The translations under genes and the position numbers were made by a program. A stretch of DNA of 64,000 bases from Octopus sinensis. Taxonomy: Eukaryota. A model generated the notes under the pieces. The model did no database searches. It saw nothing but the letters and a program-made list of their open reading frames with translations, and had not been told where the DNA came from. Below, piece after piece: positions 11,542 to 24,300 of this stretch (positions within the stretch are counted from its first letter, which is position 1; each line of letters opens with the position of its first letter). Where the stretch lies: NCBI RefSeq assembly GCF_006345805.1, contig NC_042998.1, forward strand, positions 3,782,001 to 3,846,000, written 5' to 3'.

Positions 11542-11652
11542 ATATGTATACTATGTGTATATATATATATATATGTGTGTGTATATATATATATATATGT
11601 GACCGCGTGTGTACCGTTGGCGATTTTTTTCCTCTGTCTTCCGTTCTCCTAT

Positions 11653-11687
11653 GTTTCCGACGAAGAGCTCCGCTCGAAACGTTAAAC
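11653..11687 (+). ncRNA. Degenerate minimal hammerhead motif in a PLE-like fragment (about 11600-11790); second copy at 47367-47401
   Basis: gttt-CCGACGA-a-gagc.tcc.gctc-GAAA-cgtt-aaac. The paralog has CTGACGA but AAAA/catt. Confidence 0.55.
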
Positions 11688-12099
11688 CCTCTGTCTTTCC
11701 TTCTTTCCTGAGCATCCAATAATACTATATTTGTTCCACGTCCTCGCGTTGTTGTGTTTTTTTGTGCTTTCTTCTTTGGATTAACTTTATATATATATAT
11801 ATATATACATACACACGCACTCATGTGTGCATGTGTATGAATACGGGATATATCTGTACAGATGCTGTTGATTATAAAATACAAATATTTCGTGCTCTGT
11901 AATTTATCACACATCGAGAAGATGACTTGAATAAGTCAAGTTTAGAATAAAACAGAAATGATTTTGTTTCAAAACATTTGCATTTCATAACCAAACTTAG
12001 TTTGATATCATATATTTGAGATATCTTATTGAATTTGCTATTTTTTTTTTATATTCTAAACACTTTTATTTAAAAATGTTTTACAAAATTTTCTTCAAG

Positions 12100-12319
12100 G
12101 TGGTGGGAAGGCCCATGGCAACATTGCTCTGTAACCTGTGGCTCAGGGGTGCAACGGCGAACAGTGATGTGTGTGAGAAGCTTTGGTGACAAAGAACAAA
12201 TGGCACTGGACGATTCAGCATGTATTGGTCAGAAGAAGCCAAATCATGAGAAAGAATGTCACCATACAGATGTCCTTTGTCCTAAAGTCAGTCGATGGAT
12301 TAGTAGTCCATGGGATGAT
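12100..12319 (+). CDS. ADAMTS7: ADAMTS7/12-like exon: TSP1 repeat A plus start of repeat B ([16 protein letters not shown]...WISSPWDD)
   Basis: Acceptor ttttcttcaag|G, donor GAT|gtaagt. 220 nt, phase 2 to phase 0. Overlaps ORF 12149..12340. Confidence 0.92.
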
Positions 12320-12994
12320 GTAAGTATATCTTATTTTTGACTTCAAGAAAGAATTTAGAAATAGTTGCATGGATGTGTATAGATGAGTCCACTGTGGAGC
12401 CTTCTTCTAGCATTGTTTTTTTCTTTTAATGCTGTAATCCTTATTTGATATTAATTTGGTTATATAATTATATTACCCCAGGACTTATTCTTTGTAAGCC
12501 TAGTACTTATTCTATCGGTCTCTTTTGCTGAACTGCTAAGTTACAGTGACGTAGACATACCAGCATCGGTTGTCAAGCAATGTTGGGTGGACAAACACGG
12601 ACACACAAACACACACACACACATATATATACATATATACGACAGGCTTCTTTCTGTTTCTGTCTACCAAATCCACTCAAAAGGCTTTGGTCAGCCTGAA
12701 GCTATATTATATAGGATTATATAAGGTTATATAAGGTTAATTTGGTTATATAAGGAATAAATTATTTTAATGAATAATATCAGTTCAATTTTCCTTCTGT
12801 TAAATAATTTATAAATTAGTATTGGTTAAAGAAACAGGGTTAATGTCTGTGTCAGAGATTTTCCATAAAGTTCTTAACTTTTTATTAGTTTTTGAATATA
12901 GAAATCTATAATTTTATAACAAGAAGAAAGGTATATTTTTCCAACATGTAAATACTGAACAGTATATATATAAAGGATAAAATTTGCTGACACA

Positions 12995-13042
<48 letters not shown>

Positions 13043-14426
13043 ATGAAAGCTGAACTCATTGGGGCTGAACCTCAAAAAGAAGATGACAAAGGAATGTAGA
13101 AAGTGGTGTGATGGTGTGTTGGAGATGATTTGTCCAACCCATGCCGGCATGGAAAAGCAGACGTGAAAATAATGATGCTGATGATGATAATGATGAATAT
13201 GAATGTGATGCTGATTAGAATGAAAGTGCATTTTATCATTATTTCAGAGTGTAAATGAAAATATGTAGTCACTTAGGAGTAAGACTATGGACTTGAAAAA
13301 TTGTTCTCAGAGGAGCAAGTGTGTGTGTGTAGAGAGAGAGAGAGAGAAACAGACAGACAGACAGACAGACAAGAAAGGCAGGCAGATGGGTATTGATATG
13401 CATGCATGTATCTGCTAACCAAATATAACTTATCATTATATAAACTGATAACTGGAGTTATTATTAGAATAATCCAGAAAACACACACACACACATATAT
13501 CAAAGATGGCAAAATCAGATAATGAAAGCAGGCAGTCTGATCGGCATCTGGTCCCATCTGCATCCCAATGCGTGGCATGTTATAAATGACGGAATGGATC
13601 AAGCTCGTAATAAAAACAAGTTTTATAAACATATTGGGAGGTTTATTTGTTGCAGTTTCATCCAATATGTTTTTATAATAGCATATAAAACCTCCATGGA
13701 AATCATTGCACACATCGCTGTTAAATAGTTTCAGACAAGTTCTTTACCAAACGGTAGAAACTGACACAGAATTATTACATTGCAATATTCAAACAGATAT
13801 TACGATCTATGAGAAAAATAGTTATTGCTTGTTTGGTATCTACACTGCACATGTTTACTTTTAATCATATGCGATGAAAATAAGAGATTTAAAATGCATA
13901 TCTGTGTCTGCATGTGTCTGCTCGTCTGTATGTGCGTCTATATGCATACGTGTGTATATGTGTGTGTGTGCATGTATTCTTTACCTATTTCAATCATTTT
14001 GACTGTGAGAAAACTTCTGTTTTTTATTGTTCAAAAGGATTTTTCTAGCTTGCCATCAGGCTAAATACTCATGATGGTGTGTGTGTATATAGATATATAT
14101 ATATATATACATACACATACACATATATACATAAATACATATATACAGATACATACATATACGTATATACATATACGTATGTATACATACATATATATAC
14201 ACATATATACATATATATTCATATACTCATTTACTTGTTTAAGTCATTTGACTGTGGCCATGCTGGAGCACCACCTTTAGTCGAGCGAATCGACCCCAGG
14301 ACTTATTCTTTGTAAGCCTAGTACTTATTCTATCGGTCTCTTTTGCCGAACTGCTAAGTTATGGTGACGTAAACATACCATCATCGGTTGTCAAGCAATG
14401 CTGGGTGAACAAACATGGACACACAA

Positions 14427-14491
<65 letters not shown>

Positions 14492-15892
14492 TACATATAT
14501 ACGACAGGCTTCTTTCTGTTTCTGTCTACCAAATCCACTCAAAAGGCTTTGGTCAACCTGAAGCTATAGTAGAAGACACTTGCCCAAGGTGCCACGCAGT
14601 GGGACTGAACCCGGAACCATGTGGTTCGTAAACAAGCTACTTACCACACAGCCACTCCTATGCCTATAGAAAGATATATTGATCTTTGGTAAAATAATGT
14701 AAATATTATGGCTTAATCACATTTTGATATTTTTCTTAATAAAAATGATGGTGGTGGTGGTGGTTGTGGCAGTTGTGTTTGGTGGGGAAATTTGCAACCT
14801 AGTATCATGAACTTTCTGCAGCCCTAGTTTTAATGCTGATTTTTGTTAAAAACTGTGTATTATGCATGAAATTTTATAGTACAAAAATATATGACAAATA
14901 TTGTTACAATTCTTTTCTTTGTATAATTTCAGACTTGCACGAATAATCCATGTGGCTGGAAAAAACGAGAGGTTGTTTGTGAAGATCCAATTATTGGATG
15001 TCACAATGCTACAAAATTAGCCACAAGTGTTCGTTGCTCTAACATGATATGTGGACACTGGTCTGTCAGTGAATGGTCTTTGGTAGGTCAACTAAAAAAA
15101 CTCAACTTTATTTTGAAACTTATTACTATAGTGGAAAAGGCTGACAGTAAAGTACCTGTGTTTAATTTTAAACTTCTCAGTTCTGTATTCAAATCTTATT
15201 AGAATTAGTTTCACCTGTAATAAATCTAGAGGTTTATTAAAGTAAATAAACATTAAAAAACTGGTGTTAGTTCAGTCACATGAAACATATTCTAAAAAAA
15301 TTAACCTGGTAGAGAACCAAAAGAAATGTTAGATTTGAGATATTTTTCTTTCGTTTCAATTTGAGTAACAATAATAATATTTCTTGCTGCTTCTTAATAT
15401 CTATTTTTTTTGTGTCATTCTCGGTTTCTATTTTTGGAAGATATAAAATAATGTAAACAAGCCTGTATTTACAGCTGTTGATTCTAACTTTGAGAGAATT
15501 TCACAGATTAAAATTACTTTTAGCATATCCTAAAAAAAAAAACGAACTAAAAAAAAGTGTTCTTGTTTAATTCTATCATTCTGTGCTTTTTTTTAATTAA
15601 ATTCTTTTATTCTCAGTGTTCCAGATCATGTGATGGAGGCTTTCACTATCGAGATGTTACATGTGTTGGTATGGAATTATGTGATCTTGATCTAAAACCA
15701 AGCTCCAAGAAGCATTGTAATATACAAGAATGTACAGAAATGTTGCCCCCCACCATAAATAAATTAAACTCCGATTCACAATCTTCATCCTCTTCATCGC
15801 CACAGCCATCATCCCCAATGACAACTACTGTACCAACAACAGCAGCAAGAACCACCACAACAACAACAAGGCCGACAACAACAACAAGGCCG

Positions 15893-15926
<34 letters not shown>

Positions 15927-16969
15927 CGATGACGACAACGACAACAACAACATCATCATCATCCCCTTCATCTACTACAACATTACCACCAACAGCAACC
16001 ACTATAAAAACAACCTCAACAGTGCGACCAAATCTAATTGAACCTACTCTGACAAGAAAAACCACTCTTAGCGTTCCAAGGAAAACCATCCCTAAAACAT
16101 CTGCAAAAACTACAGCATCGACTACCAGCAGCATTGCTACCTCACCAGTTGCTTCCACAACAAGGCCAGTCACTAGACGCAGTAAGACCAAACATATTTT
16201 ATCAACAACTCCATCAATTTTGAAGACAACTTTGTCAAATGCAAATAATGGCAAACAGAGAGAACAGCATCCAGGCCACAGGAGCGATGTCAGTGATAAA
16301 CACACCGATAATTTCATTGGCAATGATACCAAAGAAGACCAGAAGAACAAAACAAATAAAACTCATTCGGATGATCTGCCTTCTGTTCCTACTTCCAGAC
16401 CCACAAAAGAAGCTGGTAAAAATAAATCTGTTACAAGTCATGTATCACATGATAATAACAGAACCAAAGCCAAAGCACCAACTAAGAACAAACCACCTCC
16501 ATCTCGTTATCAATGGACTTTCAGAAAATGGACTCTTGTAAGTATAACAACCATTATTAACATCACATTTGCATATTTGATTAGCATTGTATATTCAAAC
16601 AAAAAAAAAACGACTCATGAAGCTTTAAAAAATATCTGGATCAAAATTCTTTCATCATCATCATTGTTCGACCGTGGTCGAGACAATGGAATTTACCATG
16701 CTACGCCAGACTTCACGGTCCATCATGGCATTACGGAGGTCCTGTTGCTGGATGCCTGTATCCCTGGAGATTACATCAGGGTAGGAGAGTGTGTGCCCTC
16801 TGGTATTGCGAGTAGATGGCTCATATAGTAAAATTCTTTACTATATGAGTATCTAGTTTGAATATTGATGTGTGTGTGAGTGCATGCATGTGTATGTACT
16901 GTATGTATGTATATATGAGATTTTAAAATATTTGCTAAATACTTTGAAATTTGAGCTGTTACTATAATG

Positions 16970-17040
<71 letters not shown>

Positions 17041-20000
17041 TGTGTACAGTGCTCAGGTGCACTACAACTCATCTAAAGTGTATATATAATCAGGTGTAGT
17101 TTCGACGGATTTCGGGAAGCATGAGGGCCTTAAAGGATGCAGTGTCATGGCAGTCAACAACTGATGCAGGCAGTTTATTCCACGCTTCAGCAACTCTGAG
17201 CGTGAAAAAATGTTTCCGAAAGTCATGGGAGCTGTGCTGTTTTCTGACTTTGTAGGCATGTCCACGTGTGTTAGACACATGGAGATCAAAAAGGTGTTCA
17301 GTGTTGTTGTTGGTGAGGTGGTTGATAACCTTGTGGGTGTTTACCAAGTCCGTCGCCAGACGCCGGAGCTTCAGTGAATCCATGCCCAGGGAAACAAGGC
17401 GCTCAGAATATGGTAGGTGTCTGATGGAGGGTATGCGTTTGGTTGCACGTCTCTGGACAGATTCCAGGAGGTCAATGTTCTGAGCAAGATAGGGATTCCA
17501 AACTGATGATGCGAATTCCAAGTGTGGTCGTACCATATATATCATTTATCTTTTACTTGTTTCATTCATTAGACTGTGGCCATGCTGGGGCACTGCCTTG
17601 AAGGATTTTTAGTTGAACGAATTGACCCCAGTACATATTCTTAAAAAACCTGGTACTTTTTCTATTGGCCTCTTTTGCCGAACTGCTAAGTTACAGGGAT
17701 GTAAATAAACCAGCACCAGTTGTCAAGTGGAGGTGGGACAAATATAAACAGAAAAGCACATACACACTCACACATATATATACATGACAGGATTCCACAC
17801 AATTTCCATCTACCAAATTCAGTTACAAGGAGCTGTAGTAGAAGGCATTTGTCCAAGGTGGTGTGCAATGGGGCTGAACCCAAAACCATGCGGTGGCAAA
17901 GCAAGCTCCTTAACCACACAGCCATGCCTGTGCACATGAACACATACACACACATACTCTCACACACACTCACATATGGTATTCACGTATATATACATAC
18001 ACATTCACATGCACTTATATATGTAAATATACACACTCACACACACATGCTATATATATACATGCACATTTTCATGCATACACACACACATATACATATA
18101 TATATATGCACTCTGACACACATATACTACTTATATACATGCACATTTTCATGTATATATATGTATATCATCATCATCATCGTTGTCATTTAATGTCTGC
18201 TTTCCATGCTGGCATGGGTTGGATGGTTTGACTGGGGACTGGCGAGCCAGATGGCTGCACCAAGCTCCAGTTTGATCTTGCAGAGTTTCTACAGCTGGAT
18301 GCCCTTCCTAATACCAATCACTCTGATAGTGCAGTGAGTGCTTTTATGTGCCACTGGTACGAGGGCCAGTCAGGTGATACTGGCAACGACCTCGCTCACA
18401 TGGTGTTTTTACATTCCACCTGCACAGGAGCCAGTCCAGCAGCACTGGCAACGATCTTGCTTGTACATTGTTTTTCACGTGCCACCGGCACAAGTGCCAG
18501 TAAGGCAACGCTGGTAATGATCACACTCGAATGGTGCATTTTATGTGCCACCAGCACAGGAGCCAGTCAGCAGCCCTGGCAACGATCAACCTTAGGTGGT
18601 GCTCTTAATGCTCCACTGGCACAGGAGCCAGTCAGCAGCCCTGGCAATGATCAACCTTAGATGGTGCTCTTAACGCTCCACTGGCACAGATGCCAGTCAT
18701 GTGCAGCGGTCATCAAATTTGATTTTGATTTCACTTGCCTCAACAGGTCTTTGCAAGAAGAGTTTAGTGTCCAATGAAGGAAAGCTATGCATAAGTGGGC
18801 TGGTTACACCCCTGGCATAGGCCACGGGTTATGGTCTCACTTGGCTTGCCGGGACTTCTCAAACACAGCATATTTCCAAAGGTCTTGGTCACTAGTCATT
18901 GCCTCTGTGAGATCTAATGTTTGAAGGTCATGCTTCACCACCTCATCCCAGGTCTTCCTGGGTCTACCTCTTCCACAGGTTCCCTCAAACGCTAGTGTAT
19001 GACACTTTTTCACACAGCTATCCTCATCCATTCTCACCACATAACCATACCAGCGCAGTCGTCTGTCTTGTACACCACATCTGATTTTTCTTAGGTCCAA
19101 CTTTTCTCTCAAGGCACTTACACTCTGTCGAGTATGCACACTGACATTACACATCCAGCAGAACATACTGGACTCATTCCTTGCAAGCTTACACATGTCC
19201 TCAGCAGTCACAGCCCATGTTTCACTGCCATGTAGCATGGCTGTTCATATATATTCATATATATATATATATATATATAAAATATTATTAGAGACAAAAC
19301 CACTATTTTGCAAAACAAACAAGGAAAGACTTAATCAATACATAAAATTTTAATAAATAGTCAAAAACAAGTTTCAAAATAAATTCCTTTCTAGAAGGAA
19401 TAGGAATATCTTTCAAAGATGAATCCCAAAACAGCGGTTCTATCTTACCTGTAAAATCCATAATTTACGAAATTGAGGTATTACACTCAATATACAAAAT
19501 TATCAATATTATATAATAATAAATATTAGGGAATAAATCCAAATTTACAGGGAAAAAATCAGATTTAGGATTAAATCGATTTTATAGTAAAATATTATAA
19601 AATATTATTAGAGACAAAACCACTATTTTGCAAAACAAACAAGGAAAGACTTAATCAATACATAAAATTTTAATAAATAGTCAAAAACAAGTTTCAAGAT
19701 AAATTCCTTTCTAGAAGGAATAGGAATATCTTTCAAAGATGAATCCCAAAACAGCGGTTCTATCTTACCTGTAAAATCCATAATTTACGAAATTGAGGTA
19801 TTACACTCAATATACAAAATTATCAATATTATATAATAATAAATATTAGGGAATAAATCCAAATTTACAGGGAAAAAATCAGATTTAGGATTAAATCGAT
19901 TTTATAGTAAAATATTATAAAATATTATTAGAGACAAAACCACTATTTTGCAAAACAAACAAGGAAAAACTTAATCAATACATAAAATTTTAATAAATAG

Positions 20001-20251
20001 TCAAAAACAAGTTCCAAAATAAATTCCTTTCTAGAAGGAAAGGAATATCTTTCAAAGATGAATCCCAAAACAGCGGTTCTATCTTACCTGTAAAATCCAT
20101 AATTTACGAAATTGAGGTATTACACTCAATATACAAAATTATCAATATTATATAATAATAAATAATATTTTATAATATTTTACTATAAAATCGATTTAAT
20201 CCTAAATCTGATTTTTTCCCTGTAAATTTGGATTTATTCCCTAATATTTAT

Positions 20252-20285
<34 letters not shown>

Positions 20286-21358
20286 CATCAGTTTCATTAT
20301 TATCATGCCAATCGTTCAAGTTTTAAACTTAACCTCATATTATGTTGCACCGTTTTGAATGATTATTTCAAGGGACCAACAGTTTTATTTTCATATGATG
20401 GATGTAGTGGGAATTAGTAAAACTATAGCAGATAGTGTTTTTATATATCAGCCGTAACTGGATCAACATTAGACACTTGTCTCTTGTTTCAATGTTTGTC
20501 AAAGACAGTGTGTTCTGCTCTGCAAACTACCCATTTCAGTCCACATATTTTTAAAACATGATGTACTTTTGGAATTCTAATTGACAGTTTTTCATGTCGA
20601 TTACTAGAAAATGCATTCAGCTACAAAATTAAATGCTCCAATAATTAATGTAAGTAATAGAAATTTTAAAATGCATGTCGCACAATGAATCTTAATTGTT
20701 ATCGTGTTTTAATTTAGATATGATCTAATAAGCTGGTCATAACCATCTCCTACAATTATAGGGAAACACCTGAGCCCGGCTCACATGGCTGCTAGAGACT
20801 ATTTCTAAGTCATACATCAGCTTTTTCAGTGGGTTATGCTGTAAAGGATGTTTTTGGTTAACCTGTTTGATCTTACGATATAGCAATGCCCCATCAACTT
20901 TCTCCATTTCCCCGTTGTTAGATGATCATCAAAGAGATCAATGTGTAGTTTTAATTTATCTGCAGAATTTATTACTTGTGGTCTGACCCTTTCAAAAGCC
21001 TCTCTTTAAATAGTTCTTCTGTGATTTCCTTTTGAAGTTCCAATGTGAGTGTTCAAGATTAACAAGCATAGGACAACTGATTAGATTCATATCAAAGAGA
21101 GTGGAGATATATAAATAGCAAACAATTTCCTGCTTACTTGTAATCACCAGTTTGTTTAAGAACTATACTTAACAATACATCTTAATTTAGCAGAAATATT
21201 TTACTTGAAATAATATTTATATTGTTATTATTCTATACTTTAAAGATAAATGAATCATGCTGCTTTGATGTAATCACATACATTATATATATATATACAT
21301 ACATTATATATATATGTATATGTATATGTGTGTGTGTATATATATGTGTATATATGTG

Positions 21359-21389
<31 letters not shown>

Positions 21390-24300
21390 TTACAGATTAT
21401 ATATATGCAAGACTAAGTTAAATATTTTGTACAATAACTAGGTTGTTTATTTAACAAGGTTGAATTAATATAAATTATTTATTTTACTTGAATAATCTCA
21501 TGATTTTACTTGGTTAAAATAATTTACACATATATGCATACTTTAATTTCAGGCAATATTTAGTGAGTACATGAAAAGATATAAGTTTGAAATTATTTTG
21601 TTGTCAAGTTCAAGGTTCAAGTTGACTGAGTCTTGATAATGAACTTCACTTTACTCTCTGTATTGTGCAAATCCTATCAGTAAATAATCAGTTGTTATTC
21701 TTAAATTTACTTTCCAATAACCCTTTCTACTATAGGCACAAGGTTTGAAATTTTGGGAGTCAGGGACTTGTCAATTACATCAGCCCCAATATGCAAATGA
21801 TACTTATTTCATTGATTGCAAAAGGATGACTGGCAAAGTTGACCTTGGTGGAATTTGAACTCAGACTATAAAGACAGAAAAAATGGCATTAAGCCTCTTG
21901 TTTGGCATGCTATCATTTCTGCCAGCTCACATCCTTAAATTGCTTTGGCGTCTGTGTCGGTGACACGTAAAAGCACCAACCGATCGTGGCTGTTTGCCAG
22001 CCTCCTCTGACCCTTGTGCTGGTGGCACGTAAAAAGCACCCACTACACTCACAGAGTGGTTGGTGTTAGGAAGGGCATCCAGCTGTAGAAACACTGCCAG
22101 ATCAGACTCGAGCCTGGTGCAGCCTCCTGGCTTCCCAGACCCCGGTCGAACTGTCCAACCCATGCTAGCATGGAAAACGGACGTTAAACGATGATGATGA
22201 CCCATGCTGTAGAATATACGTGAAACTAAAACTGAAAATAGTTTTCTTCTGATTCCTTGTAATTGTGAATTCTTTCTGTCCAACCTCATCCTTAAACCAG
22301 TTTTAAAATGCTTGAATATCACAACCTCACAAGATCTATTCTATGAAGACTTACTTGTTATCTATAATGGAATATAGTAAACATAAAATTCTAACTATAA
22401 CATTAAGAATTATCAATGGAATCTGTAATGTTGAAGGTTGTAACAAAAAGCTGATAGATTTCCAGTTTTATGAAACTAGGAAAAATATAGATATTTTTGC
22501 CAAAAAGAGGTGGAAAAAATTCTTTTACAACTGAATAACACAGCTTTATCTCTCTCTCACTTTTACCTTCATTTTATTTTTAATGTATACCAGAGAAATA
22601 CATATAATGCAAAAATAAATTGACATCACATTTCTAAATAAATCCTTCATATTAGAAATGAAATAAATTACATTTTTGCTATAATTTTCTATGTGTGTTT
22701 TTATCATTTTCATATATCATAAATCAAATCATTTCCAAAGACAATGTATTCATACAGACAACTTTACATCTCTTTCTTTCTCTCGAAATCTCTTTCCATC
22801 TGTTTCTCCACAGGAACACATAATATTAAGTATATTCATGCCATTGATAGCTGTCACTTGCTTACTAAATCTACTGACTATCATTATATTCCTCATCTGT
22901 TGTTTTATAATTATATTGGAGGATATCACACAGATGGGTTGGTAGAATCATTAGAACAATGGAAGTAATACTCAGCAACATTCAGTTGAGGTTCAAGGTA
23001 ATATTTAGTTATGGAGGGTGGCGAACTGGCAGAAGCATTAGCATGCCAGGCGAGATGCTTAGTGGTATTTCATCTGCCGTTATGTTCTGAGTTCAAATTC
23101 CGCCGAGGTCGACTTTGCCTTTCATACTTTTGGGGTCGATAGATTAAATACCAGTTACGCACTGGCATCGATGTAATTGACTTGATCCATTTGTCTGTCC
23201 TTCTTTGTCGCCTCTATGTTTAGCTCCTTGTGGGTAGTAAAGAAATAGGTATTTCGTCTGCCGTTATGTTCTGAGTTCAAATTCCGCTGAGGTCGACTTT
23301 GCCTTTTATCCTTTCAGGGTCGATAAATAAAGTACCAGCTACGCGCTGGGATCGATGTAATCAACTTAATCCCTTTGTCTGTCCTTGTTTGTCCCCTCTA
23401 TATTTATCCCCTTGTGGACAATAAAGAAATAGGTAATATTTAGTTATGGTTCCAGCATGTGGGGCAAAATGCTAAGAAGCATTTCATCTGTCTTTACATT
23501 CTGAGTTCAAATTCCATTGAGGCTGATTTTGCCTTTCATCCTTTCAGGGTTGATGAAATAAGTATCAGTTGAACTCTAGGGTTGATGTAATCAATTCACC
23601 CCCACCCACCAAATTGCTGGCCTTGTACCAAAATTTGAAATCAATATTTAGTTAAAGTCTTTGCATTCTGAGTTCAAATACTGCTGAAGGCTACTTTTTC
23701 TTTCATCCTGTCAAATCGATAAAATTAGTAACAAGCAAGTACTGGAACCAACATAATGATTGATCCTCCCCCAAATCAAAGGGGCTGATCACCCATTAGT
23801 GGATAAATAAAAAACTGAAGGATCAAGTGATTGCCTCAATTTATTGTTGCTAGTGTATGAGATAAATATTAATTGTAGTATCTCACCAGAATGTTATATA
23901 CAACAAAAATTTTTTGAATTCTTAGATGTGGTTGTGTAGTTAAGAAACTGGTCTTTAGCATTGAACACTTTGTTGCATCCAGGCCAGATTTTTAGTCTCA
24001 GGATATCCTTCTCTCTCCCTCCCATCAATCTTGGGTACCCTGTCATGGGCCATGGGTACTCCCTTCCTTTCTGTTTAAAAAGTGAAGAAACTATATGACA
24101 TTGTCTTTTCTTCAGCACATAATTTATGTAACCCTTTGCTCAGTACCTTTGGGAAGTTGTTTCTTTAGTTGGTTTATATTAACATTAAAGGGACTTTTGG
24201 ATCACCCTGTAAAACTAACATCAAAATGAAATTACAACCATTACACACCACGAAAGAATATAACTTGAACAAAATTATGTAATCTTTTCTTCTTCTTTTG

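Noticed and set aside
1-12099. Upstream ADAMTS exons (catalytic, disintegrin, spacer, earlier TSP1)
   Set aside because: No open frames with HExxH or TSP1 motifs bounded by splice sites were seen. ORFs such as 10152..10355 and 10559..10777 have no recognisable homology.
15646-16350. 234-aa minus-strand Val-rich ORF
   Set aside because: It is the antisense shadow of the ACA-rich mucin exon.
15557-16828. 423-aa ORF as a stand-alone single-exon gene
   Set aside because: It lacks a credible start. The real exon is bounded by AG/GT at 15617-16537, and the remainder is intron plus antisense LINE sequence.
19380-19430. Hammerhead motif in the 320-bp tandem unit
   Set aside because: The minus strand has a stem and GAAAC but no CUGANGA core (it reads CTTTGAA), so it is not supportable.
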